Positions 1 through 12,000 of a stretch of DNA of 64,000 bases are shown piece by piece. The notes below the pieces were generated by a model. That model was not told the origin of the DNA. It saw only the letters and a list, made by a program, of their open reading frames with translations, and did not search any database. The position numbers and the translations under genes were made by a program. The stretch is from Bugula neritina (Eukaryota > Animalia > Bryozoa). The stretch covers positions 4,826,722-4,890,721 of the forward strand of contig OZ037766.1 in assembly GCA_964035545.1 (NCBI GenBank). The letters run 5' to 3'. How positions within the stretch are numbered: the first letter of the stretch is position 1; each line of letters opens with the position of its first letter.

Positions 1-3000
1 AGACTGAAATACTCATTACTCTGTCCTCCACATGGCTGGCTAGCTCGTATACTGGTGATTGTATTATCCATATTATTTGGTGAGCAAACCTAGTGGTCCA
101 CAGAGAAATTGTGCCCCCTGAGCTGGTAGAGTGGTTCCTTAAATTTTCGCTTCTCCATTTTAATTGATTACAGGGGAGACATGGTGTCTAATAGCTGCTA
201 AATACTAGCTGGAATTTATCCGTGTCAGCAGAAGTTTGGCATTCACTAAAAAACTTTTCTTGTTTTCGGCTTAGCGGTCACAATTTCTTTACTTTCTTAA
301 ATTAAATAGAATTTATTATTGAACTGCTAGTTCTATACTATATGATCTACAACCAGATGTTATTTGTGTTGCAATTTGGTGGTTTTTTTCGTTTTTTATC
401 TAATTAATTCTTGCAGCTCAGGAGATTTTATGTAAATTTTGTAAAATTGAATTCCGTGTCATCTTGATGCATGATTAATGCACTCACTATTAATTTTATG
501 TCATAAGCAATACATGGAAACCACAGACTCTGCTATTCAAACTTGCGTGCATACAACAGCTGATTGTACAACAATTACATTTATTTATACAATTTTTAAA
601 TGGTTTCTGCCAACAAGCACTGGTTGGTGGTGTCACTAGGGCTTCAGGGCAACATAGTAGTTTGTAAACCTTGAAATATGTTCTGAAATGTGAGAAAACA
701 GATCTATGTATAAAGTAGATATCACTTATCTCTCTGTAATGTATTCATAACACAATGTAATCCTCCTATGCCATAAGACTTATTTCTCCGGTGCACATAT
801 TGTTTTTAAGTTTAGTAAATTTAGTATATCTTGAGCTTTCATACAACACACAAATTTTAGAGAATAACGGATCAAAATAATAATAATATGGCTTAAAAAC
901 ATTCAAATTTTACAATTTTATTACATTTTCCTTTTAGTTTGAATTAGCTATGCAATTGCAAAAAGTTTCTTTAATAATAAATTTACTAGCAATGCAATAG
1001 ACCATGTAAAACTCAGCCAATCAGCAAAGTGTACCAGGTCAATGTTCTACCATTGTAACTGATATAAAATTCTGCAAGTTCAATTGCAAAATGCATACTT
1101 CTAAAAGCTAGTTATGCAACTTTTTTTTCATGCATTATTTAATTTCATATCTAAATTGATGACTCTTGAAATGATTTTTTAAAATGTCTAAATTAAGTGT
1201 TTATAAAATGCAATTAAAAATTGCATGTCCAAAAAAATGACCTGGTACACTTTTGCAACTTAAGGCCAATTATTACATAACTGCCAGCTTAGTAGTTATT
1301 TGTTGTTGCAGCTTGAATGGGTTATTGTTTAGCATTGAAAGCTTGTAGTAAACCACTGTGAATTTGGTACATGACTTTGATTGGCTGGTTTTTGACTGGC
1401 CCTTTAGTATATGCATCTGGATGGCTGGGTAGTGTAGGCTCCGCCTACATCTAGCTAATGTACAGTAGCCAATCCACAGTAGTATTACAAAATTTCTGTT
1501 TAACATATGAAATATTCTGGTCATTTGTTTTGTACTTTACAATAGTAAATATTCTATTCAACTGGAATTTTATTGTATGTAAGCCATGGGAACTACTAAG
1601 AAGTTAAATCAATCACCCATGCATGCTGGTAATATTGTAGCTAGCAGTAATAGCAAGTCCACACCATATAAATATACACATAAGCTTTTATGTGCAGCTT
1701 ATGAATGTTGAAATGACCCCATTTCTTACTTTCAATTTGAAATAAATTGTATTACATATTCTGCCACTTCTGCACCAGGAATGTGTTTTCCTTTTAAGTT
1801 TTGAAAATAGTAGTCAGTTTCTATAGCAGTCAACTGCATCCACAATAAACAACGTAAGCTTTCAAATAAACTATAAATATACGAAATATTAGTGTGGAAA
1901 CAATGTAATTTATTCATTGCTATGATGAAAAATTACGAGAATATAATTATATAAAAGCTAGATATAGATTTCTAGTAAAATGGCACAGGTAAAAATAACA
2001 CATTTTTACTTCAAATTCTAAATTTCATCAGTCACCAATGGTGGCTGTAGATTACAGAGAGCACAGCAGACTATCATAATCATAAGGATGGTCAGCCCAC
2101 TGAGCAAAATTCAACTCCAACCCTCCATTTAGGTTACCAACGCACTAAAGCATATAATGTAAGACACACAAAAAACAGTGGTTTTAATGAAACATGTGTA
2201 GGAAACGGACAAAAAACGTCTTCAACAGAGTCAGCTGATATAAAGCAACAGAACTCATCTGACAGCCATCCTCATAGTCAGACTTCATCAGAAGTAACTG
2301 AGTTACCAGAATCATCAACTACTCAGAAAAAAAGATCTGCACATTCTATTGATAGTCGAAAATCAAAAGTTGGAAGAAAAAGCTCAACAAATTCCATGTT
2401 AAAACAAAAAGCAACTATTAAAAAAGTAAAATTTTTTAAAAACTTTCACCACTACAGATGAGCAAACTAAAATTTATACTGGAATACCTACACGTTTTCT
2501 ATACTTTTCTTTAGCAAGGTGAAAATTATTATTTTCTTATTGCAAAGATATACTATGGTTTATTACAAATAAACAATGCAAGTCTCACTATGCTAAAATT
2601 TGCACATTGATTAAATTTTATATGTATTAAAACTGTCATTTTAATTAAATTTGTTGCAGTGTGAGTGTATCATTCATACATTTTTTATTAAAGATGTTGT
2701 TTTATGTAAGATATTCATAAATACCACAATGGTCATCTGTATGCTTTGACTTATCTAGTTTAGGGTTTTATTTAAACAAGCAACAGTCTTCTATTTGTGG
2801 ACAAATTGACTCACTTTCTCCAGAAAAAGTAATTTTTTTAACCTAAATTTTCCTTGGTTATTTTAAAGCTTAATAAAAGTGGCCTCCTAATCTAATTATT
2901 AGCTGAAACTAAGTAGGTGTTTAAAACTAAAATGGTTTACACTTGTTACTAGTTTCACTTATTCACAAACATTATTAAATGCTATTCTAGAAATAATATG

Positions 3001-6000
3001 GGTTTGAATTAGTTATAGTATAATTATAAAATAAAGTAATAATTGTTTGTCCACAGTATTTGTTTAAACTCATGACTTCATTCAAAGCATGTATTCATAC
3101 AACTAGCTAATCATGTACTGTTACAGTATTATGTAACACATGTTGACACACATTACATTCTGTTTGGATGGTGCTATATTGGGTCAAGCCTTCAGCTAGC
3201 AGTTCTTGAACTTCATAGTTGTTGCAAAATATAACTGAAGCTACTTACCAGAGGGTAAAAACTGCTGAATGAATACAAACTAAGCACAAAATTTATTTAG
3301 CACATACATTATAATTTGAATCATAATTTAATTTTCTTTCTTTATTTACTATATTATTTAGATTTATATGTCAGAAGATGAAAGTTCTTACTCTCCGAAA
3401 AAAGTTAACAAGACAAGGTGAACTTTTATTGGCTTTAATGAAGCTGCGTCAAGGTTTACAGTTTCAAATACTTGCTGGCCTTTTTTATATCTCTAGATTG
3501 CTAGCAAGCAAAACCTTCAAAGACACATTAGATATTTTAGCAAGAGAACTGACCAATCTAATATATTTTCCAACAAGAGAAAAGCTGAACATTCCTCTGA
3601 GCTTTCAAAGCCAATATGCTTACATTAGGTGCATTATAGACTGCACAGAAATATTCATTTGCAAGCCTCAATCAAAGCTGGCTCAATATTTAACATGGGG
3701 TGAGTATAAAAAGACCAACACCATCAAGTATTTGGTTGCAATTACACCCAGGGGCACTATCTGCTTTATTTCGCATGGAATGGGAGGTAGAGCCTCAGAC
3801 AAGTGTGTAGTGAATGGCTCTGGGTTCTTAGACTTCATAAACCCAGGTGATGTGGTCATGGCAGATAGAGGCTTTCTTATTGAAGAAGAACTTATAGGCG
3901 CTGGAGCCAAGTTGACCATATCACCTGGGAAAAAAGGCTATTTGCAAATGACTAAAATGCAGTTACTGCAAACAAAGTTGATTTCTAACCTTCGAATCCA
4001 TGTCGAAAGAGCAATCAAAAGGATAAAGGAGTTCAATATTTTAAATGGTCCCGAAGTGTGAACTTGGTGTTGGCACCTCTATTAGACAAGACTATGATAG
4101 TCTGCTGTGCTCTCTGTAATCTACAGCCACCATTGGTGACTGATGAAATTTAGAATTTGAAGTAAAAATGTGTTATTTTTACCTGTGCCATTTTACTAGA
4201 AATCTATATCTAGCTTTTATATAATATTCTTGTAATTTTCATCATAGCAATGAATAAATTACATTGTTTCCACTAATATTTCATATATTTATAGTTTATT
4301 TGAAAGCTTACGTTGTTTATTGTGGATGTTGACTGCTGCAGAAACTGACTACTATTTTCAAAATTTAAAAGGAAAACACATTCTTGGTGCAGAAGTGGCA
4401 GAATATGTAATACAATTTTTTTCAAATTGAAAGTAAGAAATGGGGTCATTTCAGCATTCATAAGCTGCACATAATAGCTTATGTGTATATTTATATGGTG
4501 TGGACTTGCTATTACTGCTAGCTACAATATTACCAGCATATGGGTGGTTGATTTAACCTCTTAGTAGTTCCCATGTCTTACATACAATAAAATTCCAGTT
4601 GAATAGAATATATACTATTGTAAAGTACAAAACAAATGACCAGAATATTTCATATGTTAAACAGAAATTTTGTAATACTACTGTGGATTGGCTACTGTAC
4701 ATTAGCTAGATGTAGGCGGAGCCTACACTACCCAGCCATCCAGATGCATATACTAAAGGGCCATTCAAAAACCAGCCAATCAAAGTCATGTACCAAATTC
4801 ACAGTGGTTTACTACAAGCTTTCAATGCTAAACAATAACCCATTCAAGCTGCAACAACAAATAACTACTAAGCTGGCAGTTATGTAATAATTGGCCTTAA
4901 GTTGCAAAAGTGTACCAGGTCATTTTTTTGGGCATGCAATTTTTAATTGCATTTTATAAACACTTAATTTAGACATTTTAAAAAATCATTTCAAGAGTCA
5001 TCAATTTAAGATATGAAATTAAATAATGCATGAAAAAAAAGTTGCACAACTAGCTTTTAGAAGCATGCATTTTGCAATTGAACTTGCAGAATTTTATATC
5101 TGTTACAATGTTAAGACATTGACCTGGTACACTTTGCTGATTGGCTGAGTTTTACATGGTCTATTAAAGCTGTTTTCTTGTTTACAGCATTCGGACTGGT
5201 ATGGGGTGCCACCGGTGTAGATGGAGTTTATGGTGGTTCAAACTTTGGACTCCTCGTACTTTTTCTACTGTGCTCTGCTGCCGGCAGACTCATGCCTCTC
5301 ATTCGTCTTCCCCCTCTCCTAGGTAATTGTATACTGCCTGCTCTACTCCTCTCTTGCTATTTAGATTTGGTTCTATAAGTTTCAATTAGACAACTTACTG
5401 GCACGTTTGCTCAGCTCCCCCTGCAGCTAAACTTAAAAGGGTATTTACTGCTTATTGTTAACTCTTTCAGCTTTTAATAATGCCTCTTTCACTTTTACTG
5501 ATAGTAGTTGCAGCAGCACATTACGGATTGTAACAGGCTGTTACATGTGCCTTGCGTGTATGAAGGTTTTAATGGTTGAAGTTTTTTATATTTCAATATT
5601 TTTCAAGCAATTTTCTTGAGTTAGTTGCAATGAAAGGCTGCACCTGGTAACAGTTCTAAGTACACTACCGTATGCTAAACATGTATATCTCTATAGAAGG
5701 TTACCACATAGCTGGGCTGTACTTTAGTGTGGTAATCAAACACTCTACATATCTGCAAGATGTGGTATTCTATGTAAATTACAAAGTTCTACAATTGGTT
5801 TTATTGCAGGTATGCTTATAATGGGTTGCATCCTTGGGAATGTTCCTTATATTGATGTAGCTCGCTCTATCAATCATGATGTTTCTGCTGCGTTAAGGTA
5901 AGATTTAAATTTTGCTGTCTTGACTACAAAATTATTGAAAATATGGCAACAATTTTTGAAGAAATATGAATCGGGATGATTCAGGTTTTCCTCCCCTCAG

Positions 6001-9000
6001 CTCCTGCATTTCAATGTCTAATTCATTTTACAGTTTATGAGGAAAAACCTGCGTCAAAATAAGCAGTATTTTGACAAGTTTCATTAACATAATATTGATA
6101 GTAAATAGCATTTGATTGACTATAATTTCACTAGAGATCTATCTCAATAGCTTGAATAAAACTTGGATAGAAATGATGGAACATTGGGTTACTAACTCGG
6201 GCAGTTTTAGTAACTCATTGCTATATGTGTTTATAAATTTCAATAGTAAATAATTGTACTTATAATCATAAACATATCACTTTAACCAGCTAATTATTTA
6301 TAGAAATGTCAGTAGTATAGATTTAACTCATTTTGCTTGCTCCTATTACTACAGTTTTGGTTAATAGTCGTGTCCTCATGAAGGTACATCCTTCAACTTG
6401 GTTATCAATGGTTACATCATAAAGTTTGTAGGATTTGGCTATTTATACAAAGCTTGTCTTAGAGGATAAATATTTAGCCAGAGTATGAGACAGCCCACAC
6501 ATCAAGTTATTATATCCCATCGCCACTCTAGTATTGCTTGATAACCAGCAAAGGGCCACAAGAATGCAATCAGGTTTTTTTTTCAAAATGATCTATAAAG
6601 AAAGTTCCTTTTTAAAAAACTGATTGAAATTCTAATGTGCTGCAGCTTCAATATTCATCCCCTGAAAATCAATTCTATTGCATAGTTTGGGTTTTTTAAA
6701 TTTCTGCCAAACTCTGAAAATTTGTAAAACTGTCTTTGACAAGTAGATTAAAAGATGCTCCTTCATGGGGCACAACTCTTCATAAAAATACGGTAATAAG
6801 GGACACATGGAAAAGATCTGGTTGTCAAACTTAGCACTTTATATAATTATTGATTTATTACCATATCCTAACTCAACACATCCTTTAATGCTAAGTGGTT
6901 ACCAGCTTTATATTCCCTTGTGCTATCAATAGAATATGTCCAATTCTCAATACTACTTAGGGCAAAATGAAATAGTTTTAAATTTCATAGGGAGACAACT
7001 TGTCAAAAGTTTGTTATGGAGTATCAGCATGTATTTACATGTGGCAATGTGAAAGCTAAAGTATATAATGTATACAGTTCTTACTGTTCTATGTACTAAG
7101 TCCATTGCTACGACTCTTGAACCCTTTAATCAGTCTTATGAATCATGATTTTATTTCACTTGTAGTTATAGTGAACAATTATTGTTGGTGTGCAAACTAT
7201 AGCCAAGTGTTTATGCTTTAATATCATTTCCACTGAGTTTTCATGCCTGTTTAAGGCTAAATTATTTAAGCTTATATTCTTTGCTTTGACTATAAGTCAT
7301 GAACCTTTATCAATGGGAGTAGTTTTATTAGTATGTGTACTACTATGTATTACTAGGACCTATCATTGCACTCATTATTATAGTCATTGAGATTATTATG
7401 CAGATAAGAGATATCAATTTACATTGTTTTGTAAAATTTATAGATGCTACTGTATAATAGGATAGTCAAATAAGTATAAGCACTTGCTTTATTGCATAAC
7501 CTTTATTATACTAACAAAGTGAGTCACTACTGCGGAATGTCACTGTAGCAACCTTTTCCCAACTTCATCACAATTTATACTTGTATTACCAGCAGCTTCT
7601 TTTGAGAGCAGTAGTGGAGAAATTGAGATAGCCTAAGTTCTTTAATTTTATTATTAAATTTTTGTTTGGGACGCCGGTTGAAAGTCTTGTGAGAACATAA
7701 CTTCTTTTGCTACATTTTTAATCTAGAACAAAGGCTTTTCTCGGTTTCTCCATTACTGCACCTATCTTTCTACCAAATATATGAGCGTGTATGATTTGGT
7801 TTTAGAAAAATCGCTCTTGCTGTGATTCTCACCAGAGCAGGGTTGGGGCTAGATCCGAAGGCCCTCAAACGTATGTCTGGAGTGGTGGTCAGGCTAGCCT
7901 TTCTACCTTGTCTTGTGGAAGCAGTAACCTGCATGGTGACTGCACACCTATTTCTCAAATTCCCTCTGCAGTGGGGCCTCATGCTAGGGTATGTTTCACC
8001 ATCAGCTAAAGCTGTTAGTAAATTGATTATATAGGTTGCTCAATATCTAAGTGAGTATTGATTGTAAGTTCGTAGTTGCAATTTATTGTGAACAAATAAC
8101 TTCATTGGAGTTTTTCTCACCTTCCCTGTGTTAAACTACTAACTAATTGCAATTGTTGGCTTACAATGTTATTTATTATGTATACTTTCAGACTGTTTAT
8201 ATGCATGCTATCACCATACTGATTATTTTAGATTTGTATTGGCAGCTGTATCTCCTGCTGTCGTAGTACCTTCTTTGCTGTCGCTGTCGGACAAAGGTTA
8301 CGGCACTGATCAAGGAATCCCTACTTTAGTAATAGCTGCTGCCTCTATCGATGACGTGTTGGCCATCAGCTCTTTCTCCATTCTGCTCAGCATCTGTCTC
8401 TCCAGTCAGTTTCCAACTTCCCTACTTCTTCTCTTCTACCAAACTTATCCTCTCTGTTTAGCAGTAAAACCTGTGCCGGTGTATTATATTTCTGTATAAT
8501 TAGCTGCCTTTACAGCAAATCACTTGATGTGTTATAGAAATATTTATTATCTGGAGAATTGGGCTTAGCATGAGTCTGTCCTGAGTATTTAGGCATTTCG
8601 GATTGATGTTGATGGTATGTTTTGTAGCCTCAGGGAGCATTGCGTTGACTGTGGTTCGGGGGCCGCTGGAAGCCCTAGCCGGGGTTGTGTATGGTATAGG
8701 ATTGGGTGCTGTGCTATGGTATCTACCTCCTCATCGTAAAACTGTAAGTGTTAGTCGGTGATTTTCACATTATGTAACGTGCAAGTAGTAATACTGAATA
8801 CATTGATGTGTAATTTCATAGAGCTGGAACTCTATAGCTGCAGTTGAAGCATACATGAATGAATCTTCATAATGCAGTGTCATTTACTGTTGGCTGGTTT
8901 TGCTTTGTTTTGTTCCCGGATTTCATGCTGTGCATAAGTGTATGATTAATAAATGCTTTCCAACTCTACCACCATCACTGTGTGTGTCATGCTGGCATCT

Positions 9001-12000
9001 ATAAACAGTAATTATGTATTTAGAATGTCACAGAATGTCTACTAAACCACAGGTCTAGCAGGCTTGGTGGAATTTTATAACAAATTAAAATTCCTTAGCA
9101 CTAGATATTATTTGCTTCATGTTCTAAAAACTGTTGCAAACCCAATGCTCTATATTTCTTGTCATCTAGCATTACTTGTGTATAAAACAGTAATGTCGAC
9201 ATTGTCTCATATCTGGAAACTTACATTGCATCACCCACAACTGTATAAAAGTTTACGAGAAATTAAAGTTTAACTAGTACCGTAGTTTATTAAAACTATA
9301 GGCTATTGAATAATGCATCAGGACACACTTAATGTTGTGTTATTGTGTCAGCGAGCTGCTATTGAGAAAATCTGGGGTCAGACTTAGAATCAGCGCATAA
9401 AATTGGTCTTAAGATAAAATATTGTAGGGTTTGAAAAATAAAATTAACTTTGTGTATAGAAAAGTTGGCGTATACTAATTTAAATGACATTGTATGTGTT
9501 GAATCCTTTCTGAAAATTTATTAGTTGCATTACAAACAGTTACATTGTTAGGAGGTAGTATATTTTATCTATCGGCTTAGTTTTTTGTCACTAAAGTATG
9601 AAATCAAGAGTTATATCTTCAAATTGCTCAGTTAGTTGCACTTGTTTTGAAGCAACTAGAATGTACTTCTTTCATACTCAGTTTTGTTACTTTCCCATAA
9701 AGTCAAGTGAAAGCCGAAGTTGACTCAAGACTAATACTCTGCAAGTTGTACATCCTGATAGAGTGCCGTACATACTTCATATATACTACATGGAATATTC
9801 CTATCATTTTATTACTCCAACTTAAAAAAACAACCAACTGAAGTGAAAACTGTACCGCTAGTAAGCATAGTGGTAGCAAGTAGCTGTAGGACTAGTAATG
9901 TATGTTGAAGTTGAAAAATACCTGGTGCCAAAACTGCTACAGGTTAATGAGGTTGTCTCTAAATTTAGCATAATTTCTATAGTCTAGGTTTCTGTAGTCT
10001 GCTGATACAGTGTAGATAGGATAATGTGTTGACTAGAGCCAACATACTGCTACAACTAGGTATCAGCCAGTGCTATTAATATATCTATCTGTTAGGACTA
10101 GGTGTCAGCTAGTGCTATTAGTAGATCTATCTGCTACAACTAGGTATCAGCAAGTGCTATTAACATATATATTGTATTGAAGGATGTATCCAAGGATCAC
10201 CTAAGTAGCCTTCTGCTGTAATTCAAGTCATTAGAATCATTAAACTATAACTTTTATAGTTTCAGTTCAGTGATAAGAATAATGTTATATTTTCTGCAGC
10301 ATAGCCTTGGGTTGAAAAGATCAGCCTTGCTGCTGGCTGGTGGGTTATTTGCACTCTTCGGTAGTGAAACAGCTGGTATAGGAGGGGCCGGGGCATTAGG
10401 CTGCCTCACCTTGCCCTTTGTAGCTGCTTTGAGGTGGAGGAAACAGTTACCAGATAGCCAATCAGAGGTGAGCATATATTTGTAAGTTATGCTGGAGTAA
10501 GTTTTTCTTGGCCATTTTTCAGCCGAGTATGTTTAGAAAACGTGTAAGTTGGCATCTTAAAAGCAATTTTTTGAAAGCTTATGTTTTATAAAATTGCATC
10601 AAGTACGACAACTCCATAATTGTGCTTTCAATGCTAATTAAAAACATGTAAAACAAGATTTTATATTAGAGTTGTCTCCCTGCATGGTAGAGATTTACAG
10701 CATCTGTTCTACTATTATTGCAGCTGATCTTTGAGAAACATATGACCGCCCTCTGGGGTATTGCTCAACCATTTCTATTTGGACTGATAGGTGCTGCTGT
10801 AGATTTTACTAAAATAACGCCCTCTGTTGTTGGTGAGAATTTATATTAACGAACAAGCTCTTAAATTTGTATGGCAATTTAGAAACTTTTCATTTTAACT
10901 TTGGAAATTTAGAAACGTATACTTGTTTATCACACATGACTGATGCCTTTGCATCATATAATAGCTGCATTACTATTGACTTCTTCTGCCAAAGGCCTGG
11001 TGTTTTACTTAGTTTTGGAAGCACCAAGTTTCTATGGATGGGATATTTTGATATAGAAGCTGTAGTAGGTGCAGTATGCAGACATCTCTTACATCCTGTC
11101 TAAACACAGCTCTCTCCAAAAGCTCTGCCCACTTATTACATAATACAGGATGTGAGCAGGGCAACTGCTATACTGCTATCTTGTAATATCTTATATAACT
11201 GGCTGCACCATTTCTTTAGCATTGTTGAGTTCCCTTGCCCGAGTGTTATATTCTTACAGGTTGGGGGATATTGCTGCTAGTGATCGGATTAATCTTTAGG
11301 TTGTTGGCGTCCTTCCTATCTGTATTTGGTGCTGGATTTACATTGAAAGAAAAGTTTTTCATTCCAATAGCCTGGCTTCCCAAAGCAACTGTTCAGGTAG
11401 TGGGCTACTTTATGTAATCCGTTGCATGATGTAGAATGTAGACTAAGTGTATGCAATGTTATTGTAACAAGTTATGTACATATTGTATTGTTTCATAAAC
11501 ACCCTACCAATATTTGTTTCAATTATAAATTCGTTATTGAAACACAGTTTTTATAAGTTATTGTTTCTTCAAATGATTTATTGATACCTTGCAGGCTCTG
11601 ATAGGTTCGCTGGCCCTTGATACCGCCATTAAAAACAATGCAAGCGCGGAGAAGGTTGAATGGGGTTTACAGATACTCACTATAGCTGTTCTGTGCATCT
11701 TACTGACTGCCCCCATCGGTGCTGCTGCAATAAGCCTATCAGGTCCCAGATTGCTTCAAAAGTCAGCAGCTTCAGCTAATGTAACAAGGTCAGCCTCACT
11801 TTGACTCATTCGCTTACTCACTCACTCACTGACTCACTCTTACTCACTCACTCCTACTCACTCACTCACTCACTCAGTCTTACTCACTCACTCACTCATT
11901 TTTACTCGCTCACTCACTCACTCACTCTCACTCACTCGTTCAGTCATTCACTCCTTCTGAATTACTTGCCCTGACTGGTTGAAGCAAGTTTCAAGCCAGT

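Larger units (their letters stand above)
999..5162 (+). mobile_element. ISL2EU/PIF-Harbinger-superfamily DNA transposon with ~1.08-kb inverted arms (foldback-like), probably non-autonomous
   Basis: Termini AGACC...GGTCT are flanked by AT on both sides (997-998, 5163-5164). Arms 999-2078 and 4093-5162 are reverse complements. Internal THAP-remnant/HTH/DDE transposase. A 2-bp AT TSD with RR..YY termini fits ISL2EU. Confidence 0.9.

Noticed and set aside
1273-1524. 83-aa ORF duplicated at 4636-4887 (+)
   Set aside because: The duplication is just a consequence of the inverted arms; no recognisable domain or coding-like composition.
1691-1810. CAAYEC*N... in the arm, resembling a THAP N-terminus or a second transposon gene (YqaJ)
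   Set aside because: In-frame stops in both arms and no further THAP or exonuclease motifs; too weak to call.
9030-9460. Possible degraded Tc1/mariner-type MITE fragments in an SLC9B intron
   Set aside because: Only degenerate inverted similarity; ends and TSD cannot be defined without a repeat library.
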